Positions 49,435-59,191 of a stretch of 64,000 bases of DNA are shown one piece after another. A model generated the notes under the pieces. It worked only from the letters and a program-made list of their open reading frames with translations, did not search any database and was not told the origin of the DNA. Both the position numbers and the translations under genes were made by a program. Numbering within the stretch: position 1 is the stretch's first letter; each line of letters starts with the position of its first letter. Origin of the DNA: Minicystis rosea (GTDB taxonomy: Bacteria; Myxococcota_A; Polyangia; Polyangiales; Polyangiaceae); the NCBI GenBank assembly GCA_001931535.1, contig CP016211.1, positions 4,375,573 through 4,439,572 on the forward strand, in the 5' to 3' direction.

Positions 49435-51024
49435 ATGGATATCGTGCCTTCGATCTGCCTCTCGTCGCTGGCGGGAGCGATCTTCTTTTTCACGGGCGGC
49501 CGGCTCTCGGCGCGCGGGTCGCAATCGACCTCCGGTGGGGAGCTCGCGGCGGAGCGGGAAGCGCGCACGCGCGCCGAAGAAGAAATGGCGCGCTCGGCCA
49601 CGGCGCGCGACGAGGCGACGCGGGCGCGCGACGAAGCCGCCCGCTCACGCGACGAAGCCACACGCGCGCGCGATGAGGCGACGCGGGCGCTCGCGGCGGA
49701 GCAGGGACGCGCCATGGCGCAGGCGCGCGCGATCGAGAACGAGCGCGCCTCGCGAGCGCAGGAGGCACAGCACGCGGCCGCGGAGATCGCGCGGCTCGGT
49801 GAAGAGGGCACGCGCCTCCGCGCGCACGCCGCGAGCCTCGCGCAGCAGATCACGGAGATGCAAGCGCGCCTCGTCGCCGGAGCGAGCGAAGCCCGCGCGC
49901 AGATGAGGTCGGCACCCGACGATGGGCGCGCTGCGGCCGCCGAGAAGCGCGCGACCACGCTCTCGGCCGATCTCGAGAAGGCCCGCGGCGAGCTCGCACG
50001 AGCAATCGACGCGAAGAATCGGCTCGACACCGAGATCACCGATCTGAAAGCCCGGCTCGCGCAGCGCGGGAACGGCGCCGACGAAGCACGTCGCGAGGCC
50101 GAGGCGCAGGCCACGCGACGCGTGGCGGAGATGCAGAAGGAGATCGAGCAAGCGCGGAGCGAACGCGCGGCCACACGCTCGCAGCTCGATCAGACGCGCA
50201 CGCAACTGAACCAGGCGCGCACGGCGCTCACCGCCGCCGAGACGCGCGCCACCGCGGCGGAAGCGCGCGCGACCGCCGCGGAGAAACGCGTGGCCGACGC
50301 GGAGAAGCACGCGGCCGAAGCGGAGAAGCACGCGGCCGACGCGGATCGATTGCGCGCCGAGAACGCTCAGCTGCGCGCCGAAAAGGCCGCGACGCCGAGC
50401 CCGGGAGGCGATCTCGCGGAGCTGCAGCGACGCGGCCTCGAGCTGACCATGAGGACGCGCGTGATCGAGCAGCGCACCGGCGAGCTCGAGCGCGCCAATG
50501 CCGAGAACCACGAGCTGCGCACCCGCGTCGAGGCGCTCACCGAGGCCGCGCGCGAGGCGGACGAGCTGCGCCGCCGCGTGGCCGAGCTCGAGGCGATGGG
50601 CTTCGCCAAGCGCCTCGAAGAGCCGCCGCCGCCGAGCCGTCCGCCGCCCGAAGGCGCGCGCCTCTCCACGGTGCTCGAGCGCGAGCTCGATCGGCTCGTG
50701 AGCCGCGAAGAAGGCTGCCGCATGGCGGTGCTCGCCGACCCGCGCGGGCTCTTGATCGCCGCCTCGGCAGGCGCGTCGTATCCGCACGAGGTCGCGGCCG
50801 CGTCGTCGCTCACCACCACCACCTCCGATCGGCTGCGCGAGCTGATGCCGCTCGGCGCGCCCGCGAGCCTCGAGCTCTACGACGAGAACGGGCTCTGCAT
50901 GCGGACGCGATGGATCCGCTTCGAGAAGGAATGGTTCTTGGTGAGCACGGTGGGCATGGTGGATCCGCAGGACACGGAGGCCGCGGATCTGCGCTCGCGG
51001 CTCGGAGAGCTCATCGGCCGCTGA
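49435..51024 (+). CDS. long coiled-coil protein with C-terminal Roadblock/LC7-like domain
   Basis: About 330 aa of heptad-like Ala/Arg/Glu-rich coiled coil, then RMAVLADPRGLLIAASAG...LVSTVGMVDP. Confidence 0.55.
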   Translation: MDIVPSICLSSLAGAIFFFTGGRLSARGSQSTSGGELAAEREARTRAEEEMARSATARDEATRARDEAARSRDEATRARDEATRALAAEQGRAMAQARAIENERASRAQEAQHAAAEIARLGEEGTRLRAHAASLAQQITEMQARLVAGASEARAQMRSAPDDGRAAAAEKRATTLSADLEKARGELARAIDAKNRLDTEITDLKARLAQRGNGADEARREAEAQATRRVAEMQKEIEQARSERAATRSQLDQTRTQLNQARTALTAAETRATAAEARATAAEKRVADAEKHAAEAEKHAADADRLRAENAQLRAEKAATPSPGGDLAELQRRGLELTMRTRVIEQRTGELERANAENHELRTRVEALTEAAREADELRRRVAELEAMGFAKRLEEPPPPSRPPPEGARLSTVLERELDRLVSREEGCRMAVLADPRGLLIAASAGASYPHEVAAASSLTTTTSDRLRELMPLGAPASLELYDENGLCMRTRWIRFEKEWFLVSTVGMVDPQDTEAADLRSRLGELIGR

Positions 51025-51044
51025 CGGACGATCGCGGGGGGATC

Positions 51045-52151
51045 ATGGATCACGAGCTCGCAACCAACGACGAGACGAAGGGCTGGGACGCGGCCACGGA
51101 TCGCGAGAGCGGATTCACCCCGATCGCGGGGCGCTATCCGGGCAGCGCGGTGCTCGACGAAGCGGGCCTCGGCGTCGTCCTCTTCGATCCCGGCGGGGAG
51201 ATCGCGGCCAGCAACGCCACCGCCGAGGAGCTCCTCGGCCGCCGCGTGGATCGGACGACGCTGCTCCGTCAGGTGCTCGAGCGAGCGCACGCCGGCGGCC
51301 CCAGCGAAGGCGAGCACGACGAGCAGCAGCTCGTCGAGGTCGAGGCCGCCGGCGGCCGGCGCGGCGTCGTTGGCTACCGCGTGGTGCGATCCCCGCGGCT
51401 CGGCACGATCTTCACGCTGCGCGACATCACCGAGCTGGAGCGCACGCGCGCCGAGCGGCGAGCGCTCGAGCGGCTCTCGCAGGTCGGGCGCGCCTGCGCC
51501 ATGGTGGCGCACGAGATCGGCAATCCCCTCGCGGCGCTCAAAGCCACGTTGCAATCGATCGAGCGCGAGGCCGCCGCCGCGGGGCTCGGCGACACCATCG
51601 CCGCCGTGTTCCGCGAGATCGATCGGCTCGACAACATCCTCGGCCAGCTCCTCGGGTTCGTGCGTCACCGCATGCCGCGGCGCGTGCGCACCGATCTCTC
51701 GGTCGTGATCGCGCGCGCCCGCGAGGCGACGCGCGATCGCCTGCAGCACATCTCCTTCCACGCGCCGCGCGGCCCGCTCCCGGACGTCCACTGCGATCCG
51801 GATCAGATGGAGCAGGTCTTCTTGAACCTCTTCCTCAACGCTGCCGAAGCGATGGGCCATCGCGGCGAGATCCGCGTGCGCGCCGGCGCCTCCTCCACGC
51901 ACCTCTGGATCCGCGTGGAGGACTCGGGCCCGGGCGTGCCCGCGGGGCTCCGCGAAAAGGTCTTCGAGTCCTTCTTCACCACCCGGACCACGGGCGTCGG
52001 CCTCGGCCTCCCCGTGTGCCTCCGGATCATGAGCGATCACCACGGATCCATCTCCATCGAAGATCGCGAGGGAGGCAAAGGCGCGAGCGTGCGCCTGTCC
52101 CTGCCCTTCGGTACGGTCACCGGGCGCCGGCCGCGAGAGGAGCGGAAATGA
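51045..52151 (+). CDS. sensor histidine kinase (PAS-HisKA-HATPase_c), cytoplasmic
   Basis: H-box MVAHEIGNPLAAL; N and G boxes NLFLNAAEAM, DSGPGV and GVGLGL. Confidence 0.8.
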   Translation: MDHELATNDETKGWDAATDRESGFTPIAGRYPGSAVLDEAGLGVVLFDPGGEIAASNATAEELLGRRVDRTTLLRQVLERAHAGGPSEGEHDEQQLVEVEAAGGRRGVVGYRVVRSPRLGTIFTLRDITELERTRAERRALERLSQVGRACAMVAHEIGNPLAALKATLQSIEREAAAAGLGDTIAAVFREIDRLDNILGQLLGFVRHRMPRRVRTDLSVVIARAREATRDRLQHISFHAPRGPLPDVHCDPDQMEQVFLNLFLNAAEAMGHRGEIRVRAGASSTHLWIRVEDSGPGVPAGLREKVFESFFTTRTTGVGLGLPVCLRIMSDHHGSISIEDREGGKGASVRLSLPFGTVTGRRPREERK

Positions 52152-53233
52152 CACCACGAAGGCCGAAGGTGCTGATCGTCGACGACGAGGACAACATCGT
52201 CCTCGCGCTGCACCGCGTGCTCTACCAGGACAACGTCCGCTACGACGTGCTCCTGGCGCGGTCGGCCGAGATCGCCCAGCAGATCTTGGAGGACACGCGC
52301 ATCGACGTGCTCGTCACCGACGTGCACCTGCCCGAAAAGAGCGGGATGGATCTCTTGAGCTGGGTGGCGGTGCAGACGCCGAGCACCCGCGTGATCGTGA
52401 TGACCGCGTTCGACGTGCTCCGCATCAAGGATCGCGCGCATGCCTTCGGCTGCCTGCGCCTCGTGCGCAAGCCCTTCGACGTGCACGAGATGCGGGCCGC
52501 CATCATCAGCGCCCTCGGGGTGCGCGACACCTTCAAGGGTCACCTCTCCGAGCTGTCCTGCGTCGACGTGATCCAGATGCTCTGCATTGCGCGCAAGACC
52601 ACGGCGCTCCGGCTGTCCGAGGGCGAGAGCGCCGGTGTCATCCACATCGAGAACGGCGAGATCGTGCACGCGGTGTGGGACGACATCGTCGGCGAAGAGG
52701 CCTTCTTCCGCATGCTCGCGGTGAAGAACGGGCTCTTCAACACCGGGCCTCTGCCGCCGGAGATCGAGCGGACCATCCGCGGCGATTGGCAATATCTCCT
52801 CATCGAAGGCCTCCGCCGGCTCGACGAGGCCGCCGCCGGCATCTCCGAGCCCGAGCGCCCCTCGGTACGCCCCGCACCGCCGCCCGAAACGAGCAACGAG
52901 ACGACCACGCCCTTCTCGCGCCCGCGGCCTGTGGAGCGCGAGAGCACCACGGTCACCCTCGCGCGCTCCACCATGGGATCGATGCTGAGCGGCCCCGCCA
53001 GCACGCCGGCGCCGAGCTCGTCACCACGCAGCCCCGAGGTCACGCGACTCATCGACGAAGGCTTCAGCGCCCTCCGGGACCGCCGCCGTGACGACGCCCG
53101 GCGCGCCTGGGAGGCCGCGCTCCGGCTCGATCCCGGCAATCGCATGATCGAGCTCAACCTCCGCAAATTGGGTGTGGAGGTCCCGCCGCCGCCGCACTCG
53201 GGCCGAGGCTCCGGAGAGCTCGAGACCGGCTGA
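52148..53233 (+). CDS. response regulator: REC domain + DUF4388 domain + Pro-rich tail
   Basis: REC motif KVLIVDDEDNIV...DVLVTDVHLP...VIVMTA; the start ATGA overlaps the histidine-kinase stop; GHLSELSCVDVIQML matches DUF4388. Confidence 0.75.
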   Translation: MTPRRPKVLIVDDEDNIVLALHRVLYQDNVRYDVLLARSAEIAQQILEDTRIDVLVTDVHLPEKSGMDLLSWVAVQTPSTRVIVMTAFDVLRIKDRAHAFGCLRLVRKPFDVHEMRAAIISALGVRDTFKGHLSELSCVDVIQMLCIARKTTALRLSEGESAGVIHIENGEIVHAVWDDIVGEEAFFRMLAVKNGLFNTGPLPPEIERTIRGDWQYLLIEGLRRLDEAAAGISEPERPSVRPAPPPETSNETTTPFSRPRPVERESTTVTLARSTMGSMLSGPASTPAPSSSPRSPEVTRLIDEGFSALRDRRRDDARRAWEAALRLDPGNRMIELNLRKLGVEVPPPPHSGRGSGELETG

Positions 53234-53238
53234 CGCCC

Positions 53239-53473
53239 CGCAAAGCCCTCTCGGCCTCCATCCGGGACATCCCCTCTCCCTCTTCGCAAAGCCATCTCGG
53301 TCTCCATCCCGGACATCGCCTCTCCTCGTTCGCAAAAGCCACCTCGCCCTCCATCCGGGACATCCCCTCTCCCTCTTCGCAAAGCCATCTCGGTCTCCAT
53401 CCGGGACATCTCATCTCCTCGCGCCCAAGCCATCTCGCCATCCACTCCGGACAGCGCCCATCGCGCAAAAGCT
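53239..53473. repeat. ~46-bp tandem repeat, about 5 copies (CGCAAAGCCATCTCGGTCTCCATCCGGGACATCCCCTCTCCCTCTT)
   Basis: Read directly, immediately after the response-regulator stop and ~120 bp upstream of the flavoprotein-membrane fusion gene. Confidence 0.85.
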
Positions 53474-53589
53474 TCGTTGTGCGCCTGGACCGAACACCGC
53501 TCCTGGCGCGTGAGGTTGTAATCGGTATTATTGGCAATGTTGGCCTGACTCGTCATTTCGGGAGAGCCAAGGGCCGGGCGGGGGGCGCC

Positions 53590-56500
53590 ATGGTCGACCT
53601 CGGTGAACGACAGACCCTGGTGGTCATCGGCAATGGCATGACCAGCCACGCGCTCTGCCGCAGGCTCGCGGAGTGCGGGGTCACACGCGGTGAGCTCGAG
53701 GTCGTGGTCTTCGGCGAAGAGCCGCGGCCCGCGTACGATCGCGTGCACCTCACGGATCTCCTCGGCGGCAAGACCGAGGCCGATCTCTCGCTTGCCCCGC
53801 GCTCCTGGTACGAAGATCGCGCCATCACGCTCCACCTCGGCGATCCCGTGGTGGAGATCGATCGCGACGAGTGCCTCGTGCGCTCCGCGTCCGGCGCCAC
53901 CGTGCTCTTCGATCGGCTCGTCTTCGCTACGGGATCACGGCCGTTCATCCCGCCCATCCCGGGCGTCGATCTGCCGGGCGTCTTCGTCTATCGCACCGTC
54001 ACCGATCTCCACGCCATCCTCGCGCATGCGTCGTCCGCCAAGCGCGCCGCGGTGATCGGCGGCGGCCTGCTCGGGTTGGAGGCCGCGCGCGCGGTGCACG
54101 CCCTGGGGCTCGAGGTGCACATCATCGAGGCCCATCCAGGGCTGATGTCGCGCCAACTCGACGCCACGGGCGCGCGCCTCCTCGGCGAGCGCGTCGAGAC
54201 GCTCGGCGTGCGCGTGAAGACGGGCGCGCGCACCGCGCGCATCGACGCCGGCAAGTCCGCGAGCGCCGCCTCCAAGCGGATCCTCCGTTTCGAAGACGGC
54301 TCCACACTCGAGGTCGATCTCGTGATCTTCGCCGCCGGCGTTCGCCCTCGCACCGAGCTCGGCGTCGCCTGCGGGCTCCTCACGGCGCCGAGCGGCGGGC
54401 TCCTCGTCGACGATCGCCTCACCACCTCCGATCCACGCATCTTCGCGGTCGGCGAGTGCGCCACGCATCGAGGCATCACCTATGGCCTGGCCGCGCCCGG
54501 CTATCAGATGGTCGACGTGCTCGTGAACAACATCGGCGGCGGGGACGCCACGTTCACGGGCGCGAGCCAGTCGACCCGCTTGAAGCTGCTCGGCGTGCAC
54601 GTCGCCTCGCTCGGTCGGCCCGATGAAAAGAGCACGCCGGGCGCGACCACGCATACGTACCTCGCCGGGGGCGCCTATCGAAAGCTGGTGATCGCCGATG
54701 GCCACATCATCGGTGCCATCGCGATCGGTGAATGGGAAGATCTGGTGCGCATCGAGGACGCGCTCGCCGAGCCGCGCCGCGTCTCGTTCTGGGATCTGCG
54801 CCGCTTTCGCAGCACGGGCAGCCTCTTTCTCAAATCGGAGTCGCCGCCCGTGCACGAGTGGCCGGCGGAAGCGCTCGTGTGCGGCTGCCTCGGCGTGCGG
54901 CGCGGCGCGCTCAGCGATGCGGAGATCAAAGGCTGCTCCACCGTCGAAGCCATGTCGGCCCACACCGGCGCTGGCACCATGTGCGGCTCCTGCAAACCGC
55001 TCCTCGCGGATTACCTCCGTCGCGAGCGCGCCGATTCTCTCCCTGCCTCTCAGCTCCTGCGGCTCGCCCCGCCGCGCGTGCCGACCTTCGACGGCGTCGC
55101 TCCTTCGAGCAAGGCGCGCCCCGCCTCGGCCGCGCCCCTGCCTTCCAAGCCCACCCCCGCGCCCATCCCTGCGGCGCCCACGCCGCCGAGCACAGCCGGC
55201 GTCGCCGCGCCCAAAGGACGCAAGAGCTCGAATGCACCCTCGCGCAAAGCGCGTCACAACTCGGGAGCTCCGTCGCGCCAGGCAAAGGCCCTATCGAACA
55301 TTCCGCCGCGCCGAACGACGGCCCCTTCGCAAGCTCCGCTTCCTGCACCCAAGGACAAGACCCTTTCCGTTGCTCCCCTGCCCAAAGCGAAGACCAGCTC
55401 GGCGCCTCCGAGCACGGCGCGGTCCGAGCCGACCGCCGCGCCTCGCAATGCACCTTCGCACGCGGCCTCTCCGGCGAGCGTGGCAAAGCCCCCTGCGGTC
55501 GCGGCCCCGCGCGATGCAGAGCCCCTTTCGGTTGCACCTCCGAGCACCGCACGCTCCGAGCCCGCCGCGTCGTCCAACAAGGCTCGTCCCGTTGCCCCAC
55601 CGGCGCCGCGAATCGAGACCGCGGTTGCCCGACGCGAGGCCAAGCCTGACTCCGTAACTCCGCCCAGCACCGCTCGTCCGGGAGCGCCCCTTTGCTCGGC
55701 GCGCCGCGATTCCGCCGCTCCACCGAGCACCGCGCGTCCCGGCTCGGCTGCGCCGCGGTGCGCTTCATCCAACGAGCTTGTCGAGCAACGATGCTCGCTG
55801 CGCGCCGATTCGATTGTTCCTCCGTGCGCCGCCCATGTCGACGAAGTGAATCAACCCCGATCCACCCCCGCGGCGAGTGACGATCGCGGGGAGGACTCGC
55901 CGCCGACGCTGCGCTGCAATGACGAGGGGAATGGAGCCGTGATCGAGCCGGCCGCGCCTGAAGCGCCGACGTCCGATGATGAGGATCCTCTCTCGATTCC
56001 GGCGCTCGCACCGCCGCAGGCCGCGGAGCCCGCAAAGCCGCCCGCGCCTTCCCCGCCTCCACCACCGGACTCGACGCCCGGCGAAGGCCCTCTCTCCGTG
56101 CGCTCGCCGCGTGCCGGACGCGTGCGCCCGCGGCGTCGTCAGGCTTTCGATACGCTGCAGAGCACACCGCCCATCGGCGCGGTCACCGCGCGCGAGGCAG
56201 CGTCGATCCGCCTCGATGCGCCGTCCAAACGCACCCTCACCGCCGCGCTTCCATCCATCGCGGCCCATTTGAGCGCCGCCCGCGCCGAGCGTGCACCGAT
56301 CTCGGTCGCACCCGCGTCCACCATCTCGACACGACAAGAGTCCTCGACGCGGCTGCGACCTTCGATTGCAGAGCAGGGGCCCGTCTCGGAGGCGCAGCGC
56401 GCCAAAGCACCTTCGATCGTTCCACCGCCCAAACCACCTTCGCTCGTTCCACCACCCAAACCACCTTCGATCGTCCCACCGCCCAAACCACCTTCGATCA

Positions 56501-57210
56501 TTCCCCCGCCGCTCAGCGTCCGTGGTCCCGACTCGAATGCACGCGGCGTCGACAGCGCGCCTCCGTCGACGCGACGCGGATCGATGCCACCGCTCCGCCC
56601 CCTCTCCGTGCCTCCGGGGCGGCTCCCTTCGATTCCACCACCGCGCCTCTCGCTCGCGCCCATGGCGCCCGCCCAGCGCGCCGAGGAGCGCCGCCGGCAG
56701 GCGTTGCTCGGATCGGCGGCGAGCGCGTTCGCGGGCGTGTTGATGCTCCTCCTCGCGCCGTCCCTCGGCCCCGCGCGCTCGTTCCTCGGCTTTCATCTGG
56801 ACGCGCTCATCGTCGATCGCATCGTCCGCCAAGCGAGCGGTTATGCCGTGCTCGTCCTCTCGCTCTTGGGGCTCTTCCTTTCGATTCGCAAGCGCGTTCC
56901 GCGCCTCGCTTCCCGCGACATCCCCGGCGCGCGCGCGTTCCATGGAGTCGTCGGCGCGGCGGCGATCGCGTTCCTCTTCCTCCACACCGGCCTGCACCTC
57001 GGCGTGCGCTTGAATCGACTGCTCATGCTCGACTTCCTCGCGCTCTCCGCGCTCGGCGCGGTTGCGGGCCTCTTCGCCGCCGTCATCGGCAACGGTGATC
57101 CGGCCGCTGCGCAGGCGCGGAGGCTCTTCGTCTTCCGCGTGCACGTCATCCTCTTTCTCCCCTTCCCCATCCTGGTCGCCCTGCACGTGCTCGGCGCCTA
57201 CTACTTTTGA
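53590..57210 (+). CDS. NirB-like FAD/NAD(P)H oxidoreductase + BFD-like [2Fe-2S] domain, ~560-aa Pro/Ala-rich disordered linker, C-terminal ferric-reductase-like bis-heme-b transmembrane domain
   Basis: N-terminus VVIGNGMTSHA, AAVIGGGLLGLEAA and AVGECA (class-II pyridine-nucleotide disulfide oxidoreductase fold). BFD box CGCLGVRRGALSDAEIKGCSTVEAMSAHTGAGTMCGSCKPLL. Linker repeats KPPSIVPPP x4 and PPSTARSEP. C-terminal TM helices carry FHGVVGAAAIAFLFLH (H-x13-H) and VHVILFLPFPILVALH (H-x13-H). Confidence 0.75.
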   Translation: MVDLGERQTLVVIGNGMTSHALCRRLAECGVTRGELEVVVFGEEPRPAYDRVHLTDLLGGKTEADLSLAPRSWYEDRAITLHLGDPVVEIDRDECLVRSASGATVLFDRLVFATGSRPFIPPIPGVDLPGVFVYRTVTDLHAILAHASSAKRAAVIGGGLLGLEAARAVHALGLEVHIIEAHPGLMSRQLDATGARLLGERVETLGVRVKTGARTARIDAGKSASAASKRILRFEDGSTLEVDLVIFAAGVRPRTELGVACGLLTAPSGGLLVDDRLTTSDPRIFAVGECATHRGITYGLAAPGYQMVDVLVNNIGGGDATFTGASQSTRLKLLGVHVASLGRPDEKSTPGATTHTYLAGGAYRKLVIADGHIIGAIAIGEWEDLVRIEDALAEPRRVSFWDLRRFRSTGSLFLKSESPPVHEWPAEALVCGCLGVRRGALSDAEIKGCSTVEAMSAHTGAGTMCGSCKPLLADYLRRERADSLPASQLLRLAPPRVPTFDGVAPSSKARPASAAPLPSKPTPAPIPAAPTPPSTAGVAAPKGRKSSNAPSRKARHNSGAPSRQAKALSNIPPRRTTAPSQAPLPAPKDKTLSVAPLPKAKTSSAPPSTARSEPTAAPRNAPSHAASPASVAKPPAVAAPRDAEPLSVAPPSTARSEPAASSNKARPVAPPAPRIETAVARREAKPDSVTPPSTARPGAPLCSARRDSAAPPSTARPGSAAPRCASSNELVEQRCSLRADSIVPPCAAHVDEVNQPRSTPAASDDRGEDSPPTLRCNDEGNGAVIEPAAPEAPTSDDEDPLSIPALAPPQAAEPAKPPAPSPPPPPDSTPGEGPLSVRSPRAGRVRPRRRQAFDTLQSTPPIGAVTAREAASIRLDAPSKRTLTAALPSIAAHLSAARAERAPISVAPASTISTRQESSTRLRPSIAEQGPVSEAQRAKAPSIVPPPKPPSLVPPPKPPSIVPPPKPPSIIPPPLSVRGPDSNARGVDSAPPSTRRGSMPPLRPLSVPPGRLPSIPPPRLSLAPMAPAQRAEERRRQALLGSAASAFAGVLMLLLAPSLGPARSFLGFHLDALIVDRIVRQASGYAVLVLSLLGLFLSIRKRVPRLASRDIPGARAFHGVVGAAAIAFLFLHTGLHLGVRLNRLLMLDFLALSALGAVAGLFAAVIGNGDPAAAQARRLFVFRVHVILFLPFPILVALHVLGAYYF

Positions 57211-57212
57211 TC

Positions 57213-58544
57213 ATGGGCGCACGGCGTACGCTCCTCGTCGGATCGCTGGTCACCGCCGCGCTCGGTGCCTATCACGGCGCACCTCTGGTGCTCGCCGGCG
57301 CCGACAAGCGCGACCATCTTCCGGGCCGCACGTCACGCGGACACGAAGCCTTCGAGTCCGCCTGCGCCACGTGTCACACACCCTTTCGCGGCGTGACCAA
57401 CGATGCTTGCAAACGCTGTCACGAAGAGGGGCTCGCGGCCGCCGAAGACTCGCACCCCGAGAGCAAGTTCACCGATCCACGCAACGCGACCCGCGTCGCC
57501 GCGCTGGATGCGCGCGCCTGCGTGACCTGTCATCGCGAGCACGTGCCCGATCGCACGAACGCAGGCGTCACGCTCCCCGCCGATTTCTGCGGCGCGTGCC
57601 ACCAAGACATCCGCCACGAGCGAGCGAGCCACGCGAGCTTCTCGTTCGAGGGTTGCGCGCGCGCCGGCTGTCATCGCTTCCACGACAACCGTGGTCTCTA
57701 CGAAGGCTTCCTCGCCAAGCACCAGCACGAGCCCGAGAACCTGCCCAAGGCCGTCGTTCTCCTCGTCACGCGCACGGCGGCCGCAGGCAAGGCGCTCACC
57801 GTCGCCGATGCGGACGCACCGCCTGCTTCTCGCACCGAAGCGGTGATGCATGCTTGGTCGACCACCGCGCACGCGCGTGGAGGCGTGGGGTGCAAAGCCT
57901 GTCACGACGTGCGCGACGCCGCGACGGGGACGCGTGCTTGGAAGGATCATCCCGGCACCGCGTCCTGCGAAGGTTGCCACGGCGGCGAGCACGCGAGCTT
58001 CCTCCGCGGCCAGCACGGCGTGCGCACGGCCGTGGGCCTCTCGCCGCTCACACCGGCCATGGCCCGTCTCCCCATGAAACCCGAGGCGCGCGGCCGCACG
58101 CTCGATTGCGAGTCTTGCCACGGCGCGCACGCGTACGACACCGCGCGCGCCGCCGCCGATGCCTGCCTCGGATGCCACGACGATCGCCACAGCCGCGGCT
58201 GGGCGACGACGCGACACGCGCTCGCCTTTCGTCGCGAGCAGAGCGGCGCCGCCGCGCCGGGGACGGGGGTTTCCTGCGCCACCTGTCACTTGCCCCGCGT
58301 GGCGCGACGCGCGCACGGCACCGACGAAGTGAGCGCGAGCCACGACGTGAGCGCGGCGCTCCGCCCGCGCGACAAGATGCTGCGGGCCGTGTGCGTGCGT
58401 TGTCACGGCCTCGGCTTCGCCATCGACGCGCTCGCCGACGGCGATCTCGTGCAACGCAACTTCAACGGCCGCCCAGCGGTGCACGTCGAGAGCCTGGAGA
58501 TGGTCGAGCGCCGCGCGCACGAAGATCAGGGAGGTGGGGGATGA
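57213..58544 (+). CDS. multiheme c-type cytochrome (10 CxxCH + 1 CX4CH)
   Basis: Heme motifs CATCH, CKRCH, CVTCH, CGACH, CARAGCH, CKACH, CEGCH, CESCH, CLGCH, CATCH and CVRCH. The N-terminal TM/signal is LLVGSLVTAALGA. ATG at 57213 follows the upstream stop. Confidence 0.85.
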   Translation: MGARRTLLVGSLVTAALGAYHGAPLVLAGADKRDHLPGRTSRGHEAFESACATCHTPFRGVTNDACKRCHEEGLAAAEDSHPESKFTDPRNATRVAALDARACVTCHREHVPDRTNAGVTLPADFCGACHQDIRHERASHASFSFEGCARAGCHRFHDNRGLYEGFLAKHQHEPENLPKAVVLLVTRTAAAGKALTVADADAPPASRTEAVMHAWSTTAHARGGVGCKACHDVRDAATGTRAWKDHPGTASCEGCHGGEHASFLRGQHGVRTAVGLSPLTPAMARLPMKPEARGRTLDCESCHGAHAYDTARAAADACLGCHDDRHSRGWATTRHALAFRREQSGAAAPGTGVSCATCHLPRVARRAHGTDEVSASHDVSAALRPRDKMLRAVCVRCHGLGFAIDALADGDLVQRNFNGRPAVHVESLEMVERRAHEDQGGGG

Positions 58545-59116
58545 CCATGACGACGCGTTTCCTGTCGAAGCTCCTCCCGGCCGCGGCGCTCGTCGCCGCC
58601 GCCGGATGCGGTAAATCCGAGCCCCATGGAGGCATCGCCCCGCAGACGATGGCCGACGGCCTCTATGCGGTCATGTCCGCCGATCGCGCCGTCTACACGC
58701 GTGAGGTCGTGGCCCGTTTGCAAGACGACGAGGGCGTGATCAAAGCCAGCGAGCACTTCAAGGACGACAAGGCCCTTCCGCTGCCCGCCCAGATGTTCCG
58801 CATGGGCGCGGAGACGGCGCGCAAACAATCTCCCGGCTTCACCTATGCGCTGCTCTCGCAATGGCCCATCAACAAACAGAACCTGCCTCGCACCGAGATC
58901 GAAAAGACCGGCCTCCGCCGCGTGGCCGAGACCGGCAACCCCTTTTACGGCGAGGAGACGCTGGCCGGCACGCGCTACTTCACCGCCGTCTACGCGGATC
59001 GCGCGGTGTCGACGGCGTGCGCCAACTGCCACAACGGCCATCGCGACAGCCCGAGGCACGATTTCAAGCAAGGCGACACGTTGGGTGGCGTGGTGATCCG
59101 CATCGCGCTCAAGTGA
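58541..59116 (+). CDS. DUF3365-like monoheme lipoprotein
   Basis: ATGA overlap with the cytochrome stop; lipobox LVAAAGCG; single CANCH near the C-terminus. Confidence 0.6.
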   Translation: MTMTTRFLSKLLPAAALVAAAGCGKSEPHGGIAPQTMADGLYAVMSADRAVYTREVVARLQDDEGVIKASEHFKDDKALPLPAQMFRMGAETARKQSPGFTYALLSQWPINKQNLPRTEIEKTGLRRVAETGNPFYGEETLAGTRYFTAVYADRAVSTACANCHNGHRDSPRHDFKQGDTLGGVVIRIALK

Positions 59117-59191
59117 CGCCTTTTCCCTGATTGCGCGCGCCTCCGCACGCGCCCCTTTCAATGCGCCGTCCGCTGTCGCATCCTCGCGGCG

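Noticed and set aside
53239-53473. Possible CRISPR array
   Set aside because: The repeats are contiguous (~46 bp, no unique spacers), degenerate in a minisatellite fashion, and no cas genes are nearby.
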